DNA of 64,000 nucleotides from an uncultured Bacillota bacterium (lineage in GTDB: Bacteria > Bacillota > DTU025 > MWDF01): assembly GCA_963823655.1 (NCBI GenBank), contig CAWGMK010000010.1, positions 320,001-384,000 on the forward strand, read 5' to 3'. The position numbers and the translations under genes are program-made. The notes beneath the pieces were generated by a model, which was not told where the DNA came from, ran no database searches, and saw nothing but the letters and a program-made list of their open reading frames with translations. Positions within the stretch are counted from its first letter, which is position 1, and every line of letters begins with the position of its first letter. Shown here piece after piece: positions 27,124 through 36,683 of the stretch.

Positions 27124-28100
27124 TTCGCCCCACCTCCTACTCTGATCCTGGGGTCGACAAGCCCGTATGCCAGGTCAGCGAGCAGGTTCGAAATGATGAC
27201 GGAGAGCGCTATCAGGTAGAATGCGCCCTGGGCCGCCGGATAGTCCTGCTGCATGACCGCATCGATGAGGTATTTGCCCACGCCGAACCAGGAGAATATG
27301 GTTTCGGTTATCACTGCCCCCGTAACTGCTCCGGGCAATGACATGAATATAAGCGTAAGGATGGGCGGCAGCACGCTTCTGAGGGCGTGCTTGTAAAGAA
27401 CGGTCCTCTTGTCGAGGCCCTTGGCCCTTGCGGTCAGAATGTAGTCCTGCCCCAGGGCCTCAAGCATCGTATTCCTGGTATAAAGGGCCCACGAGCCGAA
27501 GCTTATCACCATGAGGCTGCCCGCAGGCAGAATCAGATGCCACGCCCTGTCCAGGAAGGCAGCTATGACCCCCGGAGGAGGAGGCGCGCTCATCGTACCT
27601 CGTATGGGAAGGATCGGGAAGTAGTAGCCGAATATCATCAGTAACATCAGCTGTATGAAGAAGCCCGGCACAGCATAGGCGAAAAGCCCTGCTCCCGTGA
27701 CGAAATTCTCTGCGAAAGTGCCTCGTCTGGCGGCTGCGAACACTCCTAGCGATATGCCCAACAATGCAGTGGCCGTGAACGAGACGAAGAATAGCTTGAG
27801 CGTATTAGGAAGCCTTTCTTTCAGCTCATCCCAGACAAGGCGCCTGGTGCTGAAAGACCTCCCCATGTCGAACGTGATAAGCGCCTTCAGGTACTTTACG
27901 TACTGGGTGCCTATCGATTGGTCAATTCCGAACTGCGATCTGAGTTCCTCCTTGGTAGCCACGTCGAAGTTGGGGTCCAATATCATGGATACCGCATCTC
28001 CCGGCATGATTCTAAACAGGAGGAAGTTGAGGCTCAGAATGATGAAAAGGACCAGTATGGCGTAGCCAAGCCTTTTCAACAGATAATTCCTGAAGCCCAA
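27120..28100 (-). CDS. oppB: Oligopeptide ABC permease (OppB-like)
   Basis: RIMPGD, RLPNTL, DYILTARAKGL and DLAYGLVDPRI. Confidence 0.93.
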   Translation of the reverse strand: MGFRNYLLKRLGYAILVLFIILSLNFLLFRIMPGDAVSMILDPNFDVATKEELRSQFGIDQSIGTQYVKYLKALITFDMGRSFSTRRLVWDELKERLPNTLKLFFVSFTATALLGISLGVFAAARRGTFAENFVTGAGLFAYAVPGFFIQLMLLMIFGYYFPILPIRGTMSAPPPPGVIAAFLDRAWHLILPAGSLMVISFGSWALYTRNTMLEALGQDYILTARAKGLDKRTVLYKHALRSVLPPILTLIFMSLPGAVTGAVITETIFSWFGVGKYLIDAVMQQDYPAAQGAFYLIALSVIISNLLADLAYGLVDPRIRVGGGAK

Positions 28101-28248
28101 GTTCCTGTCACCTCACTTAGCGTGTTTGCCTCTGGCAATGATAGCCCTAATAATTTTTACGAGCCGCCGTCCAGGGACACTGGACGGCGGCCCATAGCAG
28201 GGAAAACGGTAAGGGGCGATCTGGAAACCCCTTACCAATCAAGTCCGC

Positions 28249-29926
28249 TTATTTCTTGGGCAGTGCGAAGTAGTTGGCGTTCTTTTCAAGGCGGACATAC
28301 TCGCCGACCTTGTACTCCTTGAGGTTGAAGGGTCCGAGGCCGACCAGCTTGGTCATGCCGGCCACTGTTGGATGCGCTTCCTTCCAGGGCTCGAACGCGT
28401 TGAAATCCTTGACGTCCTTCCAGATGTGCTGGGGAAGTCCGCAAAGGTCGGCATTGTCGATGTTCCAGTAGCTCAGGTTGGAGAAGTACACCTTGGCGGT
28501 ATACTTGTCCGGCGTCTCTACCTTGACTACGTTCGCCACTGAAGACAAGTACCTGGGCGCCTTGTTGTCGCGCAGGATACTCGATGGTGAACTTAACGTC
28601 GGCCGAGGTGAACGGCACGCCGTCGGACCACTTTATGTCATCCCTGAGATGCCAGGTGATGAGTGTGCCGAACTGGCCGGGGGCTACCTGCCACTGGCCG
28701 ATCTCCCAGGACTTTGCCATCCACGGGATGTCTGCGGCGGTGACGGGGTCGATCTGCCTGAGGCCGCCCATGGGAGCTACGCGTCCGAGGACTTCCCACT
28801 CATATGCGGAGGAGCCTGTTACGGGGTTCAGGTTCTTGGGCTCTTCTGACAGCGCCCAACGGATGGTTCCGCCGGGGCCTACTACGCGCTCTATGTTAAG
28901 GGTGGTCCAGAGGTTGTTGTAGTTTGCGGCGCCGAAGCCGTTCATCGGTACCCAGCCCTTGACGATGTCCTTGCGGAAGCCGTCGATGTAAGGCCTGGAG
29001 TAGAGCGGTACGTACGGCATCAGGCGGGCGAGTATGAGCTGCGATGCGTCTGCAGCTGCCTTTGCGGTCTTGAGGTCGACCGGCGAATAGAGCTTCTCAA
29101 GCGCCTTGTCGAGCACTGCGTCGCGGATGCCGGGCCTGTTGTAACCGGCCTCGATATCCTGCGAGGAATGGAAGAAGTCATACAGGAAGTCAGGGTTCCT
29201 GCTAAGGCTCCATGCAAGTGCGAACATATCGAAATCGGCGACGTCGAGCTTGTCGAGCATCACGTTGAAGTCCATGGGCTCGTGCTTGGCGGGGATGCCG
29301 ATCGCGTTCATGGCTGCTACTATGATCCTGCCGATTTCGGCGGAGGTGGCTGCCACTTCGTAGGTGGGTGTGAAGAACTTGACTTCGCGCATCGTCTTGC
29401 CCGTTGTCGGGTCGATACGCTTGCCGTCCTTGCCTACTACATAACCGGCGGCGTCCAAAATCTGCTTGGCCTTCGTCGGGTTGTAGGGGTATACGGGGAC
29501 GTCCGACTTGAAGAAGGGGCTAGCTTGCGGGACGAAGCTGGTGAGAGGAAGCATATTGCCGGCGAACAGGGTGCGGATGATGTTGTCCCTGTCGACTATA
29601 TGGGCAATGGCCTGCCTTACTGCCAGGGCATTGAAAGGATCCTTCCTCATGTTGAAGGACATATAGAACATATGGTAGCCATAGTTCATATTGACCGCTG
29701 CATTGGAAAGGCCCTTGACCTTTGCGATGTCCGCTGCGGCTGTCAGGCCGGGGATCACCACTGTGTCTCCACGCTCGAAAGCGATTAACCTTGCCTGCTG
29801 TTCCTTGATGATCGGCATGATGATCTCGTCAACGCGGGGGCCCGTCTTCTCGTAGGCCAACGCGGCGACACCGACCATTGATACCATCATCACTGCCAGG
29901 GCGATGATTGCCAGTGTACGTCTCAC
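28249..29926 (-). CDS. oppA: Family-5 (OppA/DppA) substrate-binding protein, circularly permuted; frameshift near 28575
   Basis: FNMRKDPFNALAVRQAIAH, KAKQILDAAG, GGTIRWALSEEPKNLNP, KWSDGVPFTSADVKFT and GLGPFNLKEY. Confidence 0.88.
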
Positions 29927-30044
29927 TAAGATCTACCTCCTTATATGGATTGATACCCTAATAATCGGAAAACTGCGCCTTAATAGCCGGGCTGACCGGC
30001 CTTTTAAGTTTTGACTGAAAATTACGCTGCTATGTTTCAAATGA

Positions 30045-30069
30045 ATTCGACGCTGTATATATGATTCCT
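30045..30069 (-). promoter_or_regulatory. Sigma-H-like promoter for the opp operon
   Basis: Minus strand AGGA-N17-GAAT (gaaggaatcatatatacagcgtcgaatt). Confidence 0.6.
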
Positions 30070-30260
30070 TCTATAATTCTATGTTAATAGCGCAGATATA
30101 TCAAGATAAGGGAATGTCGAGGGGCCTCCTGCCACATGTATACAATATTCAGCATTGTATAGCTGAAACGCTTGGGAAATGACCTTTGTGCCCATTTTCT
30201 GCTATTATTTACTTATCACCCATGCTGCTCGAACGCTAGCTTCACGCGGGAGTGTGTTCA

Positions 30261-31724
30261 ATGTCTTCTTATGATGTGGCGGTAATCGGCGCCGGAATAT
30301 CAGGCTGTGCTGTCGCCAGGCAGCTTTCCATGTATAAACTCAGAGTGATCGTAATAGACGCGGAAGACGACGTGGCTTCGGGCACGACCAAGGCCAATAC
30401 AGCTATAGTGCACGCAGGCTATGACGCCAAGCCCGGAACCTGGAAGGCAGCCACCAACCTTGAGGGATCGAGGATGTATGAGGGGCTGTGCAGGCAGCTG
30501 GATGTGCCGTACTCGAAGACAGGCACCCTTGTTGTGGCGATAGATGCTGTCCAGGACGAAGCGGTAAGGCAGCTCAAAACCAGAGGAGAGATGAACGGTG
30601 TGCCCGGCCTTGAGGTGCTGGATTCTAAAAGGCTTCTGGAGATGGAGCCGAATATCAATCCTGCTGCTAAAAGCGCCCTGTTTGCGCCCACCGGGGCCTA
30701 CACTTGCCCCTGGGAGATGTGCATCGCGCTGATGGAAAACGCCGTGGAAAACGGCGTGGAGCTATTGCTGGGCGAGGAAGTGTTCGACATTGCCCAGATG
30801 GTTGACGGTTTCGATGTGATCCTCAAAGACAGGGCCTTGAAGGCTTCATTTATCGTAAATGCTGCAGGCTTGCACGCCGACAAAGTAGCCTCCATGGTTG
30901 GAGACCCGGGCTTCAGGATAGCCCCAAGAAGGGGCGAGTACTGGCTCTTCGACAAGAACCTGCAGGGAATTATTACAAGGCCCCTTTTCACCGCACCCAC
31001 GCCGATTTCCAAGGGAGTCGTAGTCACCCCGACGGCCGATGGCAACATCATGGCGGGGCCCAACGCGGAGAACATCGACGACCCCGATGATACATCAACG
31101 ACAGCCGAAGGCCTGGAGAAGGTATGGAACGATGCGCTTTCCCTGGTACCCTGCCTGCAGAGAAGGTCGGCTATTACGAATTTCGCTGGTTTGAGGGCCG
31201 CTTCATTCCCTCAGGCCGATTTCATAATCGGCCCGATGCCCTCGCAACCCAGGTTCTTCAACATCGCGGGCATCGAATCCCCAGGTTTGACTTCTGCGCC
31301 GGCGATTGCCGTGCGCGTCGCTGCCATGCTCAAGGAAGCAGGCCTCAATCTGGAAATGAAAGCGGGATGGAACCCCGAGAGGAAGGGCATGGTGCACTTC
31401 GCTCTGCTTGACCGCGAGCAGCAGGACGAGCTTGTCAGGCGCGACCACAGGTACGGGCATGTGGTGTGCAGGTGCGAGACCGTGACCGAAGGGGAGCTTA
31501 TCGCGGCCATGAACAGGCCTGTGCCGTGCAGGACGATGGACGGGCTCAAGCGCAGGACGCGCCTGGGGGCAGGGCGCTGCCAGGCGGGCTTCTGCAGCCC
31601 GAGGGCTTTAGGCATTGTATCCGAGCAGCTGGGAATACCGATAGGGGGCATCAGCAAGAATGGCGGGGGCTCGAACCTGGTGCTGGGCTTGCTGGGCGAG
31701 GAGGAGGGCCGCTCGAATGACTGA
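30261..31724 (+). CDS. FAD-dependent oxidoreductase with C-terminal BFD-like [2Fe-2S] domain (glycerol-3-phosphate dehydrogenase-like)
   Basis: IGAGISG, TTKANTAIVHAGYD, GIESPGLTSAPA and CRCE...GRCQAGFC. Confidence 0.88.
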   Translation: MSSYDVAVIGAGISGCAVARQLSMYKLRVIVIDAEDDVASGTTKANTAIVHAGYDAKPGTWKAATNLEGSRMYEGLCRQLDVPYSKTGTLVVAIDAVQDEAVRQLKTRGEMNGVPGLEVLDSKRLLEMEPNINPAAKSALFAPTGAYTCPWEMCIALMENAVENGVELLLGEEVFDIAQMVDGFDVILKDRALKASFIVNAAGLHADKVASMVGDPGFRIAPRRGEYWLFDKNLQGIITRPLFTAPTPISKGVVVTPTADGNIMAGPNAENIDDPDDTSTTAEGLEKVWNDALSLVPCLQRRSAITNFAGLRAASFPQADFIIGPMPSQPRFFNIAGIESPGLTSAPAIAVRVAAMLKEAGLNLEMKAGWNPERKGMVHFALLDREQQDELVRRDHRYGHVVCRCETVTEGELIAAMNRPVPCRTMDGLKRRTRLGAGRCQAGFCSPRALGIVSEQLGIPIGGISKNGGGSNLVLGLLGEEEGRSND

Positions 31725-32985
31725 GATCAAGGTTGATGTCGCCATCATCGGCGCCGGCCCCGCGGGCCTTGCTGCCGCCATAAAGGCCAGGCAAAGCGGC
31801 GCTTCCCGCGTACTTGTAATTGAAAGGGACAGGGAGCTTGGCGGGATACTCCAACAGTGCATCCATAACGGCTTCGGGCTTCACCTTTTCGGGACCGAGC
31901 TTACGGGGCCGGAGTATGCGTTCAGATTCATAGAGGAGGCCCAGGCAGCAGGCGTCGAGTTCATGCTTGATACCATGGTGCTGGAAGTATCGAAGGACAG
32001 GTCAATAATCGCCCTTAACGAACAGAGGGGCATGTTCAGGATAGATGCCGGCGCAATCGTGCTCGCCATGGGCTGCAGGGAACGAAACAGGGGAGCTGTT
32101 ACCATACCGGGCTCAAGGCCGGCCGGCGTGTTCACGGCGGGCGCCGCCCAGAGATTGGTCAATATGGAAGGCTACATGCCCGGCAGAAGGATTGTAATCC
32201 TCGGCTCCGGTGACATCGGCCTCATAATGGCAAGGCGCATGACATGGGAGGGAGCCAAAGTCGAGGCAGTCTTGGAGATACTCCCCTTCCCGAGCGGGCT
32301 TACGAGGAATCTGGTGCAGTGCCTGAGCGATCAGGGAATACCCCTTTACCTGGGCAATACGGTGGTCAAGGTGCACGGCAGAAGAAGGGTCGAGGGGGTA
32401 ACGGCCGCCAAAGTGGACGAGAAGCTCAGGCCAATTCCCGGGACCGAATGGCACATACCATGCGATACGCTGATGCTTTCCGTGGGGCTGATCCCCGAAA
32501 ACGAGCTTAGCCGGGGCGCAGGCGTGGACATCGATCCGATAACAGGCGGGCCCGTAGTGACGGATGACATGGAGACGAGCGTCGAGGGCATATTCGCATG
32601 CGGAAACGTAGTTCATGTGCATGACCTGGTCGATAATGTAACGATGGAAAGCCGTATAGCCGGCCTGGGCGCTGCCAAGGCGGCAACAGGCAGCATCGGC
32701 AGAGGCGCCGCGGTTAAGACCAGGGGCGGGGAGAACATCAGGTATGTCGTCCCTCACTCACTCAGGCTGGACAATGCGAAAAGCCGCGAGACTACGTTAT
32801 ATATGAGGGTAAACAAGCCCGTCGAGAAGGTAAAGGTTCAGGCCACGTCAGGCGGAAGACTGCTTTACTCTAAGACGGAAAGAATCTGCAAACCGGCTGA
32901 GATGCTGGTGCTTAAGCTGCCGGCAGGCAAGCTTCAGGGGTTGGCAGACGGTGCCGAGGTCGAATTCGGCATAGTTGTAGAATAA
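31717..32985 (+). CDS. NAD(P)/FAD-dependent oxidoreductase (partner subunit)
   Basis: IGAGPAG, GGILQQCIHNGFGL, GSGDIGLIMARR and CGNVVHVHDLVD. Confidence 0.9.
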   Translation: MTEIKVDVAIIGAGPAGLAAAIKARQSGASRVLVIERDRELGGILQQCIHNGFGLHLFGTELTGPEYAFRFIEEAQAAGVEFMLDTMVLEVSKDRSIIALNEQRGMFRIDAGAIVLAMGCRERNRGAVTIPGSRPAGVFTAGAAQRLVNMEGYMPGRRIVILGSGDIGLIMARRMTWEGAKVEAVLEILPFPSGLTRNLVQCLSDQGIPLYLGNTVVKVHGRRRVEGVTAAKVDEKLRPIPGTEWHIPCDTLMLSVGLIPENELSRGAGVDIDPITGGPVVTDDMETSVEGIFACGNVVHVHDLVDNVTMESRIAGLGAAKAATGSIGRGAAVKTRGGENIRYVVPHSLRLDNAKSRETTLYMRVNKPVEKVKVQATSGGRLLYSKTERICKPAEMLVLKLPAGKLQGLADGAEVEFGIVVE

Positions 32986-33005
32986 CGGATTGCGGGGATG
33001 ATGGG

Positions 33006-33374
33006 ATGTCGGAAGAAGTAAGGGAGCTTACTTGCATAGTATGCCCGGTGGGCTGCAAGCTGAAGGCGACGATCGACGGCGCCGATATAAGCATTGAGGG
33101 AAATACATGCGCAAGAGGGAAGAAATACGGGCTTGACGAGCTATGCAGCCCCGTTAGGATGATCACGTCGACTGTTAAGGTGGACGGGGGCTTCCTGCCC
33201 AGGCTGCCGGTAAGATCGGCTTCGCCCATACCCAAGGCGAGAGTCCTGGATGCGCTGGCCGCGCTCACATCCGTCAGGATGCACGCCCCGGTGGAAATGG
33301 GTCAGCTGGTTTTAAGGGATGTAGCAGGCTCCGGCGTTGACATCATCGCGTCCAGGCCCATGGACAGGGTATAA
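33006..33374 (+). CDS. DUF1667 CxxC metal-binding protein
   Basis: CIVCPVGC...GNTCARG; usual third gene of this trio. Confidence 0.88.
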   Translation: MSEEVRELTCIVCPVGCKLKATIDGADISIEGNTCARGKKYGLDELCSPVRMITSTVKVDGGFLPRLPVRSASPIPKARVLDALAALTSVRMHAPVEMGQLVLRDVAGSGVDIIASRPMDRV

Positions 33375-33410
33375 TGCAATCCTAAGGATTTAAGCAATCG
33401 GAGGTGCCAA

Positions 33411-34322
33411 ATGAAGGATCTAGTCATTATCGGAAGCGGACCCGCCGGGATGGCGGCAGGCATATATGCCAGGCGCGGAGGGCTGGATACAGCGCTCATC
33501 GAGAAAGTATGGACCGGAGGGCAGGCCGTATATGCCCACAGCATAGAGAACTTCCCGGGCTCGTATCAGATGCCCGGTTACAAGCTTATGCAGTCCTTTG
33601 TGGAACACATGGCGCAGTTCGGGCTCGCCCCGGAGATAGTGAAGATAAACAAGGCGGAGCTAAAGGGCAAAGTAAAGCTCATACACACAGATAACGGAGT
33701 CATAGAGGCGAAGGCCGTTGTAATCGCATCAGGAGCCAGCAACAGGAAGCTGGGCATGCCAAATGAGGGCAGCCTCATCGGCAACGGAGTTTCTTACTGC
33801 GCCAATTGCGACGGCAACTTCTTCAAGGGCAAGCCGGTCGCAGTAGTGGGCGGCGGGGATACGGCCGCCGATGACGCGATGTACCTGTCTAACATCTGCT
33901 CGAAGGTATACCTGATTCACAGGCGCGATTCCCTAAGGGCGCAGCAGATAATACAGCAGAAGCTTTTTACGATGACGAATGTGGAGCTGGTCTGGGACAG
34001 CGTCGTCGAGGCGATAATCGGAAAGCCCAAGGTGGAAGCCCTGTCCGTGAAGAACGTGAAGACGGGTGAGTTGCGTAGAATCGACGTAAACGCAGTATTC
34101 ATAGCCATCGGGCAGGTGCCCAATACCGAACTTTTCAAAGACGAGGTAGAACTATCAGAGTCCGGGCATATCATTGTTGACCGCGATATGCGCACTAATG
34201 TGAGCGGGGTTTTCGCAGCCGGCGATGTTACTGTGAAGTCATTGAGGCAGGTCATAACCGCAGTTGCGGACGGGGCCGTCGCTTCATACAGCGCAATAAA
34301 GTACATAAGCACTGAATACTAG
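33411..34322 (+). CDS. trxB: Thioredoxin-disulfide reductase
   Basis: GSGPAG, SYCANCDG, GGGDTA, IHRR and FAAGDV. Confidence 0.95.
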   Translation: MKDLVIIGSGPAGMAAGIYARRGGLDTALIEKVWTGGQAVYAHSIENFPGSYQMPGYKLMQSFVEHMAQFGLAPEIVKINKAELKGKVKLIHTDNGVIEAKAVVIASGASNRKLGMPNEGSLIGNGVSYCANCDGNFFKGKPVAVVGGGDTAADDAMYLSNICSKVYLIHRRDSLRAQQIIQQKLFTMTNVELVWDSVVEAIIGKPKVEALSVKNVKTGELRRIDVNAVFIAIGQVPNTELFKDEVELSESGHIIVDRDMRTNVSGVFAAGDVTVKSLRQVITAVADGAVASYSAIKYISTEY

Positions 34323-34339
34323 GCTGAAAGGCGTTACAT

Positions 34340-36331
34340 ATGAGCGAGTGCTGCAAGGACGAGGGCAAGAAGGCCTGCTCATGCGAGGCGGCGCCCATAA
34401 GGCGCATGCCGGGCACGGGCACGATCATGAAGGCGGGGAGGAGAAAGGGCTAAGGGCCCTGCTCGCAACCGGCCTTCTGCTTTTCGCCGCCGGCCTTGTG
34501 GCCGAGCATATCCTGAAAAGCGGCGCATCCTTCTGGCTTTACTTGCTTGCCTATCTGTCCGTCGGCTGGAATGTGGCAAAGCAGGTTATAGATGACGTAA
34601 GGGGAGGGCAGGTCTTCACGGAGAACCTGCTTATGAGCACGGCTTCCGTAGGCGCTTTCCTTATCGGCCAGCACGCAGAAGGTGCGGCCGTTATGATCTT
34701 CTATACGCTCGGCGAAGTGCTGCAGAGCCTCGCTGTGGGCAAATCCAGGAAGAGCATCGAAGCCGCGATGGACTTGAGGCCCGACAGGGCGAGGGTAATC
34801 AGGGACGGCCAGGAGGTCGAAACCTCACCTGAGGAAGTGGAAGTGGGCGAGACTGTAATAGTCAGGCCCGGCGACAAGCTTCCCCTAGACGGCACTGTCA
34901 TCGAAGGCTCATCCTTTATAGACATGTCGAAGCTTACAGGGGAATTCGTCCCCAAGCGGGTAAATATTGGCTCGCAAGTCCTGGCAGGCACCGTAAACGG
35001 CACAGGGCTTCTTACCGTGAGGGTGGATAAGACCTACGGCATGTCAACGGCGGCGAGGATAATGAGAAGCGTGGAGGAGGCCGAGGACAAAAAGGCCGTT
35101 CCCGACAGGTTTATCAGGCGCTTTGCCAGGTATTATACGCCGGCAGTCTTCGCAATAGCCGTGTTGATCGCGCTAATCCCGCCGATGCTCGGTTACGGCA
35201 GCATAGCCTACTGGGCCGAAAGGTCTCTTGTGCTGCTCGTCATGGCCTGTCCGTGCGCCCTTGGTCATATCTGTGCCTCTAGCCTATTTCGCCGGCGTCG
35301 GCAGGATCTCAAGATACGGCGTTCTGGTGAAAGGCGCAGCATACGTGGACGTGCTCGCAAGCTTGGATGCTATGGTCTTCGACAAGACGGGCACGCTTAC
35401 CGAGGGTAGCTTCCGAGTAAGGGAAGTCGTCCCCATGAAAGATGTATCAAGCATGGACCTTGTGCGCGCCGCAGCGTCTGTTGAAGGCGGTTCGGTTCAC
35501 CCGATAGCCTCATCAATAATGGAATATGCGAAGGATTTGGGGATAGAAAACGGGCTCAACCCTGCCTCCGGCTATAGTGAGATCCCGGGAACCGGAGTTA
35601 TCGCCTCGGTCGAGGGAAGGGAAGTGGCAGTCGGCAATAAGGAGCTGATGCTGCGCGTTGGGGCGTCATATGAGGATCCTAAGTGTTCGGATCCGGTATG
35701 CGAGCATACGGTAGCAAGCGTCGCAGTCGACGGCAACATGATAGGAAGCCTGCATCTTGGCGACATGCCCAAGGAGATGGCCTCCGATACGATAACCGAG
35801 CTTAGAAGCATCGGGATTAAAAGGATCGCCATGCTGTCAGGGGACAAGATGGAAGCGGCGAGGGCGATGGCCGATGTGATAGGCGTGGATGAAGTGTATG
35901 CCGAGCTGCTTCCGAATGAAAAGCTCGACCAGCTCGAGATCATAATGGCGACATCGAAAAAGACCGCTTTCGTGGGAGACGGCGTAAATGATGCGCCGGC
36001 GCTTGCCAGGGCAGATCTGGGCATAGCGATGGGCGTGCTCGGCTCCGATGCCGCAATCGAGACCGCTAACATCGTTGTTATGGACGACAACCTCACAAAG
36101 CTTCCCAAGGCTATAAGGGCTGCTCGTTATACCAGGGCTGTTGCCATGCAGAACATCGTGGGGGCCCTTGCAGTAAAAGCAGTATTCCTGACACTAGGCG
36201 GCAGCGGGCATGCAGGCATGGTGGAGGCCCTCGTGGCAGACGTAGGCCTTACTTTGCTTACCGTCTTGAACTCATTCAGGCTGTTTGCGGGCATGAAGGA
36301 AGAGACAATGAGGACGAGGTCAAAAGGTTAA
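34340..36331 (+). CDS. cadA: P1B heavy-metal (Zn/Cd/Pb) P-type ATPase; frameshifts near 34386 and 35263
   Basis: MSECC..CSC and His-rich N-terminus, TGE, ACPCAL, DKTGT, HP and GDGVNDAP. Confidence 0.9.
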
Positions 36332-36389
36332 CGATTGCCTGATGGAGCAAGTTAATTTCCTGACAAGGCAGCTTTTCCTCATAAAAGGC

Positions 36390-36418
36390 TTGACAGATGC
36401 CACGATGGAGAATAATAT
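36390..36418 (+). promoter_or_regulatory. Sigma-A promoter of the tpl-like transcript
   Basis: TTGACA-N17-TAATAT. Confidence 0.75.
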
Positions 36419-36456
36419 TACGACATAACGCATAAATCTACCATGGGGGCGCAGGC

Positions 36457-36540
36457 ATGCAAGCTTCGATATCGATAAGAGAAATGAATCGATATTATAC
36501 CTATATGACGGCTTGCCTTTGCGCTTACCGTAGAGTATAG
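36457..36540 (+). CDS. Putative Tyr-rich leader peptide
   Basis: MQASISIREMNRYYTYMTACLCAYRRV* (alternative start 36484); GGGGG RBS upstream; lies in the 5-prime leader of the tpl-like gene. Confidence 0.55.
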   Translation: MQASISIREMNRYYTYMTACLCAYRRV

Positions 36541-36593
36541 GCAGCGCTTCTGGTACATCTACCTTAAGCGGGCGCAAGGGCAGGCCGTAAAAC

Positions 36594-36626
36594 GAGGACT
36601 CGGTTAGTACCGGGTTCTTTTATTTT
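36594..36626 (+). terminator. Leader (attenuator) terminator
   Basis: gaggactcggt-tagt-accgggttctt followed by ttatttt, between promoter and start codon. Confidence 0.7.
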
Positions 36627-36683
36627 ACTGCCTCGTATTTATTTTGCCCCGCCCTGTGGATATTTAAGGGAGGATGTACATAA

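Noticed and set aside
22203-34322. Selenocysteine in MsrAB or TrxB
   Set aside because: Catalytic positions are ordinary Cys codons with no in-frame TGA.
36540-36626. T-box riboswitch upstream of the tpl-like gene
   Set aside because: Only tggtac is present; the GGTGGNACCGCG T-box and stem I motifs are missing, and a leader-peptide model fits better.
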